NCBI GenBank assembly: GCA_025594325.1
Contig: JANHCV010000005.1
Coordinates: 186,001-250,000, forward strand
Source of the DNA: Blastocladiella emersonii ATCC 22665
Taxonomy: Eukaryota > Fungi > Blastocladiomycota
Reading direction: 5' to 3'
Length of the DNA: 64,000 nucleotides
Part shown: positions 12,342 to 24,679 of the stretch, piece after piece
Layout: every line of letters starts with the position of its first letter
Numbering within the stretch: position 1 is the stretch's first letter
Program-made: the position numbers and the translations under genes
Notes under the pieces: generated by a model
The model's database searches: none
What the model saw: the letters and a program-made list of their open reading frames with translations, nothing else
Told to the model about the DNA's origin: nothing

Positions 12342-14042
12342 ATGTCAACCACGCAGCCCATGTACCAGGACGACCCGCACGAGGGCGAGATCGACCTCGA
12401 CCTTGCCATGGCCGAGGCCGACGCACCCGAGGACGCCATGGACGTGACGCCCGCGGTCGCGGCGCCGGCGCCGGCGTCGGTCGCGGATGTGGCCATGAGC
12501 GACACGACGGCGCACCGCGGCGATGCTGAGGCGGAAGCGGACACGTCCGCCGACGAGGCCGAGCGCGACAGCGACGACGGGTCCGGCTCGGACACGAGCT
12601 CGGCTGTGGGCGACGATGACGACGACGACCTGCTGGCCAACATCGCCGCCGCGGTCGCGTCCGACGACGAGGACGGACCCGTCACGGCCGCGATTCCCCG
12701 CACGCAGCACGAGATTGATGTACGACGTGACCTCGCGCGGCCCGCTGCCTCGAACGCTTCACTCACTGCAACCACCCCTCGTTTATAGCGCCCCGTCATT
12801 GCACCCATCAACATCGTGATCACCAAGGAGATGGTGCTCGAGGTGGCCGGCACCGTGCACATGGTCGTCGGCGACCAGGTGATCGTGCGCGCGTCGATGC
12901 CCGGCACGCAGCGCGTGCTGGACGACGGCACCATCCTCGTGTTCGACGACCGCGCGCCGCTCGGCCGCCTGTTCGAGACGTTCGGTCCCGTGGCTGCGCC
13001 GCTGTTCTCGGTCCGCTTCAACTCGCCCGCCGACATTGACCACGAGCGCACCGTGGTCGGCCGCACCGTCTACTACGTGCCCGACCTTTCGGTGTGGGCG
13101 CTGACCGACCAGCTCCGCCAGATGCGCGGGTGTGACGCCAGCAACATGTACGACGAGGAGGTGAGCGAGGGCGAAATGGAGTTCTCGGACGACGAGCAGG
13201 AGGCCGAGCACAAGCGCCGCGCCAGCCGCGCCAAGGAGCAGCGCCGCCGCGACAAGGCCGGCCGCGGCCAGTTCGAGGCCAACGACCACCAGCGGAAACG
13301 CCAGCGCGGCGGGCCCGTTGGTGGCGCTGCGTCCGGGTCCGCGGCGACCGCTGCTGCGCCGACGAGCGGGCTGTCGATTGACCAGCTGTTCAGCCAGCAC
13401 CTCAATACGGGTCCGCCGTCGACCATGGCCGCGGCATCTCGGGCTGCTCCGCCCGCCGGCCCGCCTGTCAACGCCGAGCCGCCACGGCGCCCGGCGCCCG
13501 CGCAGTACCAGCACCAGCAGCCGCTCCATCAGCCGCCGCCGCAGCAGCAGCAGCGTCAGCCGCCATCGACGACCGGCGGCCGTCCCTCGCCCGGCTTCGC
13601 GCCCATCACCTCGTTCGGCGCTACGCCCGCGCCACCAGCACCGATGATGCCGGCACCGGCACCCGCACCCGTCGCACCCGTCGCACCCGCCGCACCCGCC
13701 CCGGCCGCTTCGATGCCCACGGCGCTCGAGCTGCAGCAGGTGACGCAGCAGCAGTACCTGCTCGCGCTCCAGACGATCCAGACGATGCAGGCGACCATGG
13801 CGCAGGCCGGCATCCTGCCCGCGCCGGGCGCCACGGCGCCCTTCGAGCCGTCGACCATGTTCGTGCAGCCGCAGATGTCGTTCGGCAACACGTACGAGCG
13901 GAGCGGCGGCCGCGTCCGGCTCATGGCGCCGGGTGTGCTCGGGGTCGCTGTCGAACAGCAGCAGCAAGCGCCGCAGCCGCAGGCTCAGCAGCCGCAGCCG
14001 CGCGGTGGGCCCGCTGATGATCGCGAGGAGGGCGAGTTGTAA
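12342..14042 (+). CDS. NAF1: H/ACA RNP assembly factor Naf1
   Basis: Acidic N-terminus, Gar1/Naf1 domain (GRLFETFGPVAAPLFSVRF), GCDASNMYDEEVSEGEMEFSDDEQE motif and P/Q-rich tail. One intron at ~12720-12787. Confidence 0.9.
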
Positions 14043-15134
14043 TACATCGTGATGCGTCACTTCCCCACTGCTTGTCGATTGTTCCAGACCTCAAACCGGG
14101 CCGCGCCATCATCATGCAGCGCTCGGCGAATCCACTGCGAGGTCGGCGCCGGAGGAACGGCGGGGCCCGGGTGTGGCGGAGCGCCCAATGACCACCGCCG
14201 GATCGCCGGATGCGATGGAACGGCGCCCGCGTCGGGTGTGCTCGTCGACTTCGATGAAGCAAGCGTGGGGAACCCACTCGCATCGTCGCCGTGTTTGACG
14301 ATGGTGGTGGCGATGGTGGCTCAGCGAGGGGCAGAGCGAGACGACGGGTGGGCCCACGCTGGCCAGCTCGCAGTTCATTAACGCTCAACGCGTCACGCTG
14401 GCCGACCGAGATCACGCCTTCCATCATCCCGTCGCGGTGACTCGTGCTTGCGAGGACTTGGCGATTAACTCGCTCGGCAGCGTCCACGACGCCGCGTGTG
14501 ACGGCGCAAGCGGACGCGCGTTGGTGGCGGCGACATCTGTGGCGGAGGCGGCGGCGGCGGCGTCGGCTTGCCGCCAGAGATTCTATCATGGCGGCGCACT
14601 GCGGCTATCGCCCCTAAATTTACGCCTGAAGCACGCGCGCAAGCGCATCGCTCCGACCTGCTCCGCCACCGGGCGCTCGGCGTTTCAGCGGCCCGAGGCG
14701 ACTCCCGTCCTGCAAACTTCTTTAGGCCGGGCATCCCCCCGCGGCCCTCGTCTTCTCTCTCACCGATCGTTCGACAACGTCTATCCCGACGCCCCCGCCT
14801 TCCTCTTTGCGCAGCAAGCTCGCCGCCGACGCCGCCGCCACCCACTGATCGGCGACGCCACGGCTTCGCTCCGCCTCGCGACACGCCTCCACCCGACCTC
14901 GCGCCGGCCTTGCTGCTGCGCTAAGCGCTCCTTCCAGCCACCCGGCTCGCGCGTCGCCGCGCGCAGCACCCGCAGCATCAAGCACCGGAGCCACCAGACG
15001 CGCGTCATACCCTCGTCGCCGACGCGTTGATCGGCCTCGATTTCTGCGCTCCGCCTTCGACTGCATCGTCCGAGCCCTCAAGGCTCGGCCGCTCCTCCCC
15101 CCGTCGGTCGCGCATTGACGGCATCAACATCATC

Positions 15135-17855
15135 ATGTCTTCCACATCCGCACCACCAACACCATCTCGCGCGTCCATCGCGACCGCCCTTCGCGCGCTC
15201 GTGGCCGTCGTGGCCATGGTCGCGCTCCTCGCGCGGTCTGCCGCCGCGGCCCAGCTGCGCTACGTCGTGGCGATGCCCACGACCTCGACTGCCGGTACGC
15301 TATATTTGCACTCGAGAGGGAGAGGGCGCGAGCGATGAGCAGGCAGTGGTCCAGCGCGTTCCGCCACTCACGTCCCGCGAGCACTGTTCCGCTAAACTTG
15401 GCCACTCACTTACACGACGCATCCTTCGCCCTGTCTTCTAGACGGTGCCGGAGCGCGCGCTATCCTCGACGTCCTGACGCTCGCCGTCGACGATATCAAC
15501 AAGCAGGTCGCGGGTCCCGCGGGCCACAACGTGACGCTCATGGCCATGGACACGGGCGACGGCAACTCGCTGTCGCGGAGCGTCAAGACCGTGTTCGACG
15601 CGGCGTCGCCCTCGACCAACGCCGCGGCCGTGATCGGCGACTTCTACTCGGGCAGCTCCATGGCCATGGCGCTCGCCGCGTCGAACCTCGGCCTGTACCA
15701 GTGCTCGGGCGCGGCCACGTCGATCGGGCTCTCGGACAAGCGCAACTACCCGACCTTCTTCCGCACCATCCCCGCCGACGACCAGCAGGGCGTGCTGCTG
15801 GCCAAGTTCGTCCGCAGCATGGGCTGGCGCACGTGCAACGTGCTCGCGTCCAACAGCGCCTACGGCCGGTCGATCGCCGAGTCGTTTGTCGCCACGGCCG
15901 AGGGCATCGACCTCGACGTGCCCGTTGTCCAGGTCCTCAACTTTGGCGCGAGCCTCATCACCGACATGCCCATCGACGCGGTGCAGAACTCGGGCTCGCG
16001 CGTCGTCGTGTTCCTCGGCGAGCAGTTCGAGCTGATGCAGCTGCTCGCGCCCGCCGCCGCCGCGGGCATCATCGGCGACGAGTGGGTGTGGCTCGCGTCC
16101 GAGGGCGTCGCGCCCATCCTCGACATGGCCGAGGCCAAGGCGCCCAACATCCGCCGTGCCCTGCAGGGCCTTCTGTACGCGTTCCCCAACGAGAACGCGG
16201 GCAACGCCGAGGCCCAGGCGCTGCAGACCTGGTACAAGGCCGCGTACCGCCGCGATGCCCTGCCGCCCTACGCCGTCTTCTTCCGCGACTGCCTGCACGC
16301 GCTGACCGCCGGGTTTGTCGCGCAACTCAAGTCGGGTGCTTCGGAGCAGGCCGTGCTCGGCCGCACCAACCTCGCCCCGCTCAACAAGTTCCTCACGTCC
16401 TTCTCGGGTCCGTCGGGCAAGGTCGCCTTCAACGAGAAGGGCGACCGCATTGCCGACTACACCATCTTCAACGTGGTCGACGGCAAGGCGACGCCCGTGT
16501 ACAAGGTCGCAGGCGACGGCGGGTCCGTGACGGCGCTCGCGGCCAAGCCGACCTTCTACTCGGGCTCCAGCAGCGTGCCGCAGGACCGCCCCGACGCGCT
16601 GCTTGCGTACCTGCGCTTCTCGGGCGGGTTCGGCGGGTGGGTCGTCGCGGCGGTGACGGGACTCGCGGTCCTCGCGATTGCCGCGTCGCTCGTCATGCTC
16701 GCCGGCGTCCGCCACACGCCCATCGTGCACCAGAACAACCTCGTTGCGCTCTCGCTCAAGGGCCTCGGCATCATGCTCGTGCTCGGGTCCACGGTCCTGT
16801 GGATCGACGAGCAGACGGACCTCAAGTGCAACGCCTACCTGTGGTCGGTCAGCATCGGGTTCGAGCTCATCGTCGTGACCATGCTGTACCAGACCTTCTA
16901 CGTGTGGAAGTGGTTCGAGAACTCGGTCATGCTGCGCAACAAGACCACCACGGCCGTGTCGCGCGCCCTGCCGTTCGTCGGGCTCGCCCTGGTCGAGGTC
17001 GTTCTGCTCGGAGCGTGGACGGCCGTCGCGCCGCTGCACGCGACCAACGTGTCAACGGCAACCTCGTTCTCGTTCAAGTGCGTGTCGCGCAACGAGACCA
17101 CGGGCCGCGTGTTCCAGGCCGTGCACCTCGCGTGGAACGCGGTCCTGCTGTTCGCCCTCCTGTACCTCGCGCGCGCCGCGCGCCGGCTCCCCGCCGCCGC
17201 CAACGCGCCACGGTTCACCCTCTACGTTGCGCAGAACATCCTCTTCTCGTGCCTCGTGCTCTCGCCGCTCGCCATCGTGGCGTTCCCCGGGTTCGCCATG
17301 GGCTCGTACTGGATCCACCTCGCCGTCGTCACGTACGCGTGCGCATTCGCGTGGACGCTCACGCACCTGCGCGTGCTGCAGGCGGCGCGCCGCCCCGAGG
17401 ACCGCGACGGCGAGTACCGCCACACGGCCATGAAGCCGGGCGTCTCGGGGACCGGCGCGACCGCGTCGACCGTGTCGGCGGACCTGGCGGCCATCTCGGG
17501 CAAGCCCGGCAGCGTCACGGGTGATTTCCCCGTCAAGGTGCCCGGCCGGCTCACGTCGACGTGGCAGCTGCACCGCATCGTGCTCGCGCTCAACGAGGGA
17601 TACCTCGGCGTGCTCCGGATCGGCGGCGACACGCACATCGGTGACGTGTGGGCGCTCAAGCATCTCCTGCTCGTGCCTGCCAAGGACCTCGACCTGTGCG
17701 TCGAGGTGCACGTCGCGGGCAAGGTCGCGCTCCTCATCCAGATGCGCAGCGAGGAGCAGCGCCAGCGGTTCCTCGCCATGTGCGCGTCGCGCCGGCATAT
17801 CCCTGCGCCCAACGAGGCGCTCAACCTGAACCTCGGCCACGGGGTCCGGTTGTAG
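15135..17855 (+). CDS. Class C GPCR-like receptor: ANF_receptor (Venus flytrap) ectodomain, divergent 7TM, PH-like tail
   Basis: Signal peptide; AVIGDFYSGSS, LSDKRNYPTFFRTIPADDQQG, WVWLASEG and FSGPSGKVAFNEKGDR; seven hydrophobic segments at ~16640-17380. One intron at ~15295-15442. Confidence 0.85.
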
Positions 17856-18090
17856 AGCGGCGACGTTGTGTCGCGCTATTCCACATTTGCTTTCTTTTTT
17901 TTTATATATATACACGAGTGCTCCTACATCAATCTCGTGCTCGATAGTCACTGCGTATGAGAGACCAGTCCGCCACCGTGCCAAGCCACCGGCCGTGATT
18001 TGAAACGCGCCGCTCATAGGCACGTGTCGCGGGTGACCGATCCAGGGACGCGTCGGAGCGCGAATCGTTCTTGCGATCGACCAAACGAAC

Positions 18091-18768
18091 GTGTCTCGGC
18101 ACAAATCAGTGACGGCGCGACAAGACCCTGTCCTCGCTATTGGTTCGAGCGCGGTCATGTATTTCGAGTGCGGCCCGAGAAGTATCACAAACCAGCTCCC
18201 CGCCTGCGCCGCGGCCCGCGCGACCACGCCGCCGCCGCATCCGTGGAAATTCGACGTGCGCGGGCACTGCCCACCTCTCGAACGACTACACGGGCCGGAC
18301 ATCCAGACCAACGCGCACGCCGTCCGCCTCGAGCAGCGCGCGGTCCGCGTCGCGCTCGCCGTCCGCGTCGCGTGGACGCAGCAGTCGGTCCTCAACAACA
18401 AGGGCGCGCACGCCGGGCTCCCGCAGCAGCATTTCGAGGCGAGGAAGCCGCTCGTCGAGCTCACGGACCTGCGTGTCCTCAACCAACCCGCGTACGGCGT
18501 CGACGGGCGGCCGCGGCACCCGCTCGCGGGTGTCGTCGCACGACAACCCGAGGCCGTGGCCGCGGACCTCGCCGACCTCCACGGCGCGCTCCTGCGACGC
18601 ATGCGCGAGCAGCTGCGGCCCGGCGAGGCCGCGTACGTGCACGTCGCGGCGTGCCGCGTGCGGGCGGTCCCCGTCCTCGAGGTCCGGGTCACGAAACGAC
18701 AGTGGTTGCTGCGCAGCAAGACGTCGGCACCTGATGAGATCAGGCCTGCCGCGACGGCCTCGTGCTAA
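18091..18768 (+). CDS. Hypothetical protein (225 aa)
   Basis: ORF with the G/C-ending codon bias of neighbouring genes; no recognised motif. Confidence 0.45.
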   Translation: MSRHKSVTARQDPVLAIGSSAVMYFECGPRSITNQLPACAAARATTPPPHPWKFDVRGHCPPLERLHGPDIQTNAHAVRLEQRAVRVALAVRVAWTQQSVLNNKGAHAGLPQQHFEARKPLVELTDLRVLNQPAYGVDGRPRHPLAGVVARQPEAVAADLADLHGALLRRMREQLRPGEAAYVHVAACRVRAVPVLEVRVTKRQWLLRSKTSAPDEIRPAATASC

Positions 18769-18829
18769 GCGTCAGGCGACCGCGGTGCCGGCCCGGACCC
18801 GAGTACAACGAGCTGCACAAGGCTTATAT

Positions 18830-21800
18830 CAACATTTATAGTGGTCGCGAAATAAATTCCTCGCTATGTTAAGGCTAGGAGAAGCGCTGAGGGTTCGCGG
18901 CACGCCGGCTGGGCAGAACGCGACGCGTCGTGTCGCGATCAGCGCCGCCGGAACTCGCTCGGCCTTCAAGCTCGCTGGCGGCTTCGCTCCCGTTCCCCCA
19001 CAACAATTTAAGCCTCTTGCAATGAATGCACTTCCTAACACCCTGCAATACGAGGCTCGAGCGCTTGAGCTTCGCGTCAGTCAAGGCGTCAAGAAACTTC
19101 GCCCACGTTGGCATCTGGACCTTCTTCGCTGGTTTCGCTGGTTTCGCTGGTTTCGTCATCATCTTCACCCTGGACCAAAAAAGCCAAACTGGGATTTACC
19201 GGCCGTATCATCGTCACTATACCCTTTGTCGCTCTCGGGGCGTCCGTGGTCCTCGGTTGGTTCACTATCTTGTTTTTCTTTTTGGCGAGTGATGCCGCGC
19301 GGAACAACGGCCAGATTCAGGTGCTCATCACGGAGCAACCGTTAGCCCGCCCACACTAACCACGAAAATGCCTCGGCTAGCTGCGAGGTATTGTACGCGA
19401 GATGCGCCTCGTTAGCGCTCTCGTGGTAGGGTCCCTCTGGTTGTTGTGGTACTTTTGGACTGTTTTGCTCGCAAACGAGCTGTTCATCGGCGACGCGCCG
19501 ACTACGATCACGTACGCGTCCGACTCTTGAAAATTAATGCGCTGATGATCCACAGAACCACTAACCTGCGCGCGATGTTCGTCTATCATCATTTCTCTTT
19601 CGTTGACACTGACGCCCGCATCACCCTTGGTCATGTACTACATCATCGCTCCGCCGTCTGTACCACCGCCACCCATCGCGACCATCGTGCTTACGTTCTG
19701 AACCATGCTCGGCATCCGGCGGTGCACCAGCTGGGCAAGTTGAACGAAGGCTCGGCCAACATGTCCTTGGTGTCGCAGTTCAGCAGCGTCTTTTTGGCCA
19801 TCAGCTCTCGTTTCCTGTCGTTTCCCGCACATGTTTACGCTGGTTTGCGTGAGCAAGGAGCAATACACCCGTATCGACTCCAACACAAGTTCGAATTGCT
19901 TTCACCAACATCATGCTTGGTGCAACTGAGGCGGCAGCAAGTGGTTCGGTCCTTCAACGATGAGCGGCAGATGAAGGTAAACGAACACGCGTGCGCGTGC
20001 GCGTGCGCTTTCGTCTCACGCACCGTTGTTGTACACCAGGATACGGAGCGAAAGGCATTGCTCCTCGCACATAAGTTTCGGTTATGGGATGAACTGAGTC
20101 TCGCGTGGCGCAACGCGTATCAAGCCGGGCTCACGCGGACCTCGCGTGATGCGCCGCCGCTCATCCAGGTGTGGTTGCGCCAGGGGGGCTAAGTGGTTGC
20201 GCCACTCCTCCCGGCGAGCCAAGCGCGCTCGCTTCTCCTCTCCCTAAACCGACCTCCATGAACCATCAAAACTCAACTAGACTAGCTGCAATGCATTCCA
20301 TGTAAACTGACGCAACTCTTGCCGCTTTTGTTCCAAACGTTTTAAGCTGGTTGGCCAGCGAGGTCAAGGCCAGAGCTGCGGCAGGTCTCGCATCCGATTG
20401 CACGCGGCTCTCAACACTTGGAGCCGCTTTTCCTATTGGCCTACTCGCAATTTCGCGGATTCGCGGTCGCTTTGTCGCACCGTGAGCTGCTGCAATGAGC
20501 ACAGCGCCTAGCGTGCTGAAACTAGTTCCGACTACGCTCACACCGGCAGGTGACCAAATTCGACTTGACGCATCAACACCCGTTACCTATCCTATACGAC
20601 GGAGAATTGCTCGCCCAAATCTTTGAATGTGCAGCGGGTGCAGTCATAAGCGTGCTTCAGCTTTGACATGCCCGTGGCTCGTCCCAGGCGCTGTGATCCA
20701 TCAACTTCATGGTAGAGAAGGCCATAGCTGTTGTTGATCATTGCCTCAAACTGCTGGTGCGATGTTTTTAGTTGTTAACGACAGTGCTATCTGAAGCCGT
20801 TGCTTACGCGATAGCACGCGCGCATCACAGTGATTTCATCCCCATGGCAACGAACAGCGTATCGAGGATCAACGCGCTGCGCCCATTTACCGATATTTTC
20901 TCCGCGACGATGCGCTCCTACCATACCAACTGGCGTAGCAATCGCGCAAGCCGTAAAGCGTTACATCGTCGGCAACCCGGTCCAAACCGACTCTGAACTC
21001 TCACCTTCAACCACACCTGAGCCCTTGGCTCGAATCCTGGTCGAGACGGGCAGCGTGAGTCGCGGCTCATGAGTGACGTACGTGCTGCGCCCACACCAAT
21101 GGCCTCCCTTGCGTTGCTCACCGTCGCGTCGTTACTCCCCAGCTGGGCTCAGCTATAGGCCCCGCCCAGGAGCGCACGGGTTCGCGAGACGATCATCTTG
21201 CCTGCCTCGGCCAGGCTACGCATCAAGGGCATCAAGTGTGGTCAGCCGTCGAATGTGGTTCACGGTCGCTGTGTGTCCAGAGCGCACGGCACTGAGAACC
21301 GTTACGGTATCGAGGGCTGATCTTACAATATAACTCGTTCGTTGCACAACAAGCATCGCGAGACGGGAATCCGAGACGGGAGGCTCGCCGGTTTCAAGCC
21401 GAGTCGGACGAGGGGAGGCGGTCGTCACCGACGCTTCGACGTCCAGCTCCATCGCACAACACCCGAGGGCAAAAATGTTGCGTGATCCCGCTTTAAAACG
21501 GCCAAAACGATGAGGAGAGTGGGATTCGAACCCACGCCTCCGAAGAGAACAGAGCCTAAATCTGTCGCCTTAGACCGACTCGGCCATCTCCCCACCTGCA
21601 GGAGCTGCCCTGCGTGCGGTGTTTAACTGTACTGCTTTCATTTCGCAACGCCTCGTGGGCGTTTCGCGCCCAGCTCGCGCGCTTGCTTTCACCATCAAGT
21701 CATGACTGAGCGCGGGCCGCTTGTCTCCCGTGAGCGGTGTGCGTGCCAAGTTACGATTACTTGTCACGGCTCCGTGACACACTTGGAGATCGATGGAAGA

Positions 21801-22560
21801 GTTGTGGGATCAGCGGTGGGGCTCCCACTGCCGTGTGATGCACGTCACGAATCCCGCACACGGACCCAACAGTCGACGCGTGAATGCCCTGTCCTTGAAA
21901 GCTATCGAGAGCTGCACCGAATGCGTTCGCGCTCAGCTGCGGTCGCTCGTCCTCGCTCGCGCGGGCGACGGCCGCGACGCGACCCGCGGCTCTTGGTTCG
22001 GACGCTTCAATTGTTACCGGTACAAGCGGGAGAGAACCGGCCATACTGCTAGGTCGACCAGAAACGCTGTCACCCACTTCGATTCAGCTCGCACATCGCA
22101 CTGGGCGACCGCCGTTGAGGCCAAGCGGAGTGCGATCGAGTGGTTCACACTATACTGGACGACGAGTGACTTGTGGCCGTGTGAACTGCACCTGGTTCCG
22201 CTACCCTCGATTTGCGCATTTCGGGGGTAATCGCAGTCGATGCGACCCCCGTCGCGCTCATTGCGAGAGCGGCTCGCGTCAGCGACGCGTCGTTCAGCCG
22301 CGGGCCGACGTCACGTGCAGATGAGCGGCGCGACCCAAACCGCAGCCGGCTGCCCGTCGTACCCCGCTCCATCGACGGCGCTTGTTGTGGAGGCAAAGGG
22401 TTTGTTTAAGTCGCACCATTCATTCCAAAATAGTTGACGGTTTGACAGTGCGACGTGCGACGCCCGACATCACAGAAACATGGACGAGACCCAGGACTCC
22501 TCCCACTCAACTCATCGAACCCGAGCCCCTCCATTCGTGCGTGAAATAGAACCAATACTC
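18830..22560. other. Lower-GC island with short broken ORFs around a tRNA gene
   Basis: A/T content is visibly higher than in the flanks and stops are frequent in all frames. Contains a 9-bp repeat (TTCGCTGGT)x3 at ~19125-19154. Confidence 0.55.
21511..21593 (-). tRNA. tRNA-Leu (anticodon UAG), intronless, long variable arm
   Basis: Minus strand: GGGGAGA TG GCCGAGTCGGTCTAAGGC G ACAGA TT-TAG-GC TCTGT ... GTGGGTTCGAATCCCAC TCTCCTC A. Acceptor, anticodon and T stems pair, and T4/T5 runs follow downstream. Confidence 0.96.
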
Positions 22561-22633
22561 AATTAAATACTGAACTGAACGCACAAATCTAAGTGACTAG
22601 CACCCCGCCCTCCGCTCCGCTCTCGGCCAGTCA

Positions 22634-24679
22634 TCACGCCTCGTCATCGTCGTCTTCAGCGTCCGACGAACCAGGCGCGGATGAGAGCTCGGGCGACGTC
22701 CTGCGCGCCTTACCGTTCGCCCCCGCCCCCGCCGCCGCCTTCCCCGCGGCGGGTTGTGGCGGCGCCGGTTGTGGCGCGCGGTTGAAGTCGGCGAGCCGCG
22801 AGAGCGCGCGCGGGAGCGACTTGGTGTCGCCGACGGCGGCCTTGGCGTGGGGCGGCGAGTTGGGGCGGCTGGTCGGCGACTCCTCGCGGATCGCGGCGAG
22901 CGCGGCGTGCGAGCCGGCGGCGGCCGCATCCTCGGGCTCGGTCGACGACGAGTGGCTTTCGTCGAACCCGCGCGGCGCGGAGGTGGGCGGTAGTGGCGGG
23001 ACGTGTGGGCGGCCGTAGTCGACGAGATCCGACGAGCTAAGGCGCGGACGCTTGGTCCCGGGCGACGGCGGCGCCGCCGCATGGTGATGGTGGGACGAGG
23101 CGGACCCGAGGCTGTTGAGCGAGGCTGAGCTCGAGTTGGCGGACGAGAAGGCCGAGAGCCCCGTGGGCGTCGAGGAGCCCGAGAAGAACGACTTGGCGAG
23201 CGGGCTGCGCGTGAGCTGGCCGAGGATCAGGTGCTCGCTGGCAGTGAGCGAGCGGCGGCGGCGGCGCGCGGCTGCAGCGGCTGCCGCCGAGGCACCGGCC
23301 GAGCTAGGTGCAGCGCCGCCCGAGGGGAGCAGGCTGCCGAGAGAGGGCCGGCGGCCCGACGACGCAGGCGTCGAGATGCCGCTCGCGCTCGCGCTGCTCG
23401 ACGCGGACCCGTTCGCGGCCGGGTGCCCGTGCGGGCCGAGGAGCGAGGGCCGGTGCGGGAGCGCCGAGTGGCTCTTGGTGCGGCGGCGCGACTCTGGCGC
23501 GTTGAGCGACGAGGTCGACGAGGAGCGGGACATCGAGTCGGCGGCAGGCGCGTCGTCGGACCCCTGGTCCTCGGCGGACGCAGCAGCAGCGGCATCACCG
23601 CCGTCGTCACCGTCCTCCTCCTCGTTCTCGTCCTCTTCGGGGACCGATTCGGGCACGCCATCCATGGCGCGTCGGCGCGCAGCGAGCGCGTCCAGCATGA
23701 GGAGCGGGTCGGGCGACCCGGGCGGAGTGGGCGAAGAGGATGAGGACGACTCGCGCATGGCGAGCGGGCGGGCGGCCGTGTCGTCGATCATGCGCAGGAT
23801 GGCGAGCGCGGCCTCCTCCATTTCGGCGTAGGCGGGCTGCGGGAGGAGCGAGGGCGACAGGGCGGGGAACGCGGGCGCGAGCGGGGTGAGCCCGGGCATC
23901 CCCGCCATGCCGGCGACAGCCGCGAGGCGCGCGAGGCCGCCGTGCAGCGGGTCGCTCATGGCGGCGACCTGGGCGGGGGCGAGCGGCGGCGAGGTGAGCG
24001 GGAGAGCCGAGGGGCGGTGCTTCTTCTTGTGGCGCTTGGTGTCGGCGGACGGGATGGTGCGCGCGCTGGTGCCGCGGACGCGTTTCCCGCCGATGCGGGT
24101 GGCGAGGAGCGGCGGGAGCGGCGGCGGGGCGTCGCCCGTGACGACGTGGATGGACGCGACGCTGTTGCCCTCGGCGACCGTGTGCGAGATCGGGGCGAGG
24201 CGGTGCGGGCCGTAGACAGGCAGTGCGGGGGGCGCCGCGGCCGGCGACGGATCGGAATGGGCGCCATGGGCGGCCGAGGCGGAGATAAAGGGCGAGGGCG
24301 CGAGCTCGCGGTCGTGCTCAAGGTACTGCGGGCCCGTGGCGAGGTGGTACTCGACCTCGGGCGGCGAGTCGTGCACGGTGGGGACGCGCGGCGGGCGGTC
24401 GGCCAAGGCCGAGGCCGAGAAGTGGGCAATGGCGGCGGGCGGCGAGAAGGGGCCCGGCGCGGGCGTCCACTGGTAGGCGAAGGTGCCGTCGGATGTGGTG
24501 GACGCGGCGCGGTCGTCGAGCGACGACGTGGGCGATGAGGGCGACGCGAGCGAGAGGCCCGACGACTTGCGCGCGGCCGCGAAGGGAGGAACGGTCGCGG
24601 CGCGATGGTGGCCGTGGCCGTGGGCGTGGGCAGCCGCAGCGGCGGCGGCGGCGGCGGCGGCGGCGCGGGCGCGCTGCAT
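22634..24679 (-). CDS. Hypothetical low-complexity S/A/P-rich protein with a basic patch (KRHKKKHR)
   Basis: 681-aa ORF with coding-like codon bias and acidic tracts; no domain recognised. Confidence 0.6.
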   Translation of the reverse strand: MQRARAAAAAAAAAAAAHAHGHGHHRAATVPPFAAARKSSGLSLASPSSPTSSLDDRAASTTSDGTFAYQWTPAPGPFSPPAAIAHFSASALADRPPRVPTVHDSPPEVEYHLATGPQYLEHDRELAPSPFISASAAHGAHSDPSPAAAPPALPVYGPHRLAPISHTVAEGNSVASIHVVTGDAPPPLPPLLATRIGGKRVRGTSARTIPSADTKRHKKKHRPSALPLTSPPLAPAQVAAMSDPLHGGLARLAAVAGMAGMPGLTPLAPAFPALSPSLLPQPAYAEMEEAALAILRMIDDTAARPLAMRESSSSSSPTPPGSPDPLLMLDALAARRRAMDGVPESVPEEDENEEEDGDDGGDAAAAASAEDQGSDDAPAADSMSRSSSTSSLNAPESRRRTKSHSALPHRPSLLGPHGHPAANGSASSSASASGISTPASSGRRPSLGSLLPSGGAAPSSAGASAAAAAAARRRRRSLTASEHLILGQLTRSPLAKSFFSGSSTPTGLSAFSSANSSSASLNSLGSASSHHHHAAAPPSPGTKRPRLSSSDLVDYGRPHVPPLPPTSAPRGFDESHSSSTEPEDAAAAGSHAALAAIREESPTSRPNSPPHAKAAVGDTKSLPRALSRLADFNRAPQPAPPQPAAGKAAAGAGANGKARRTSPELSSAPGSSDAEDDDDEA

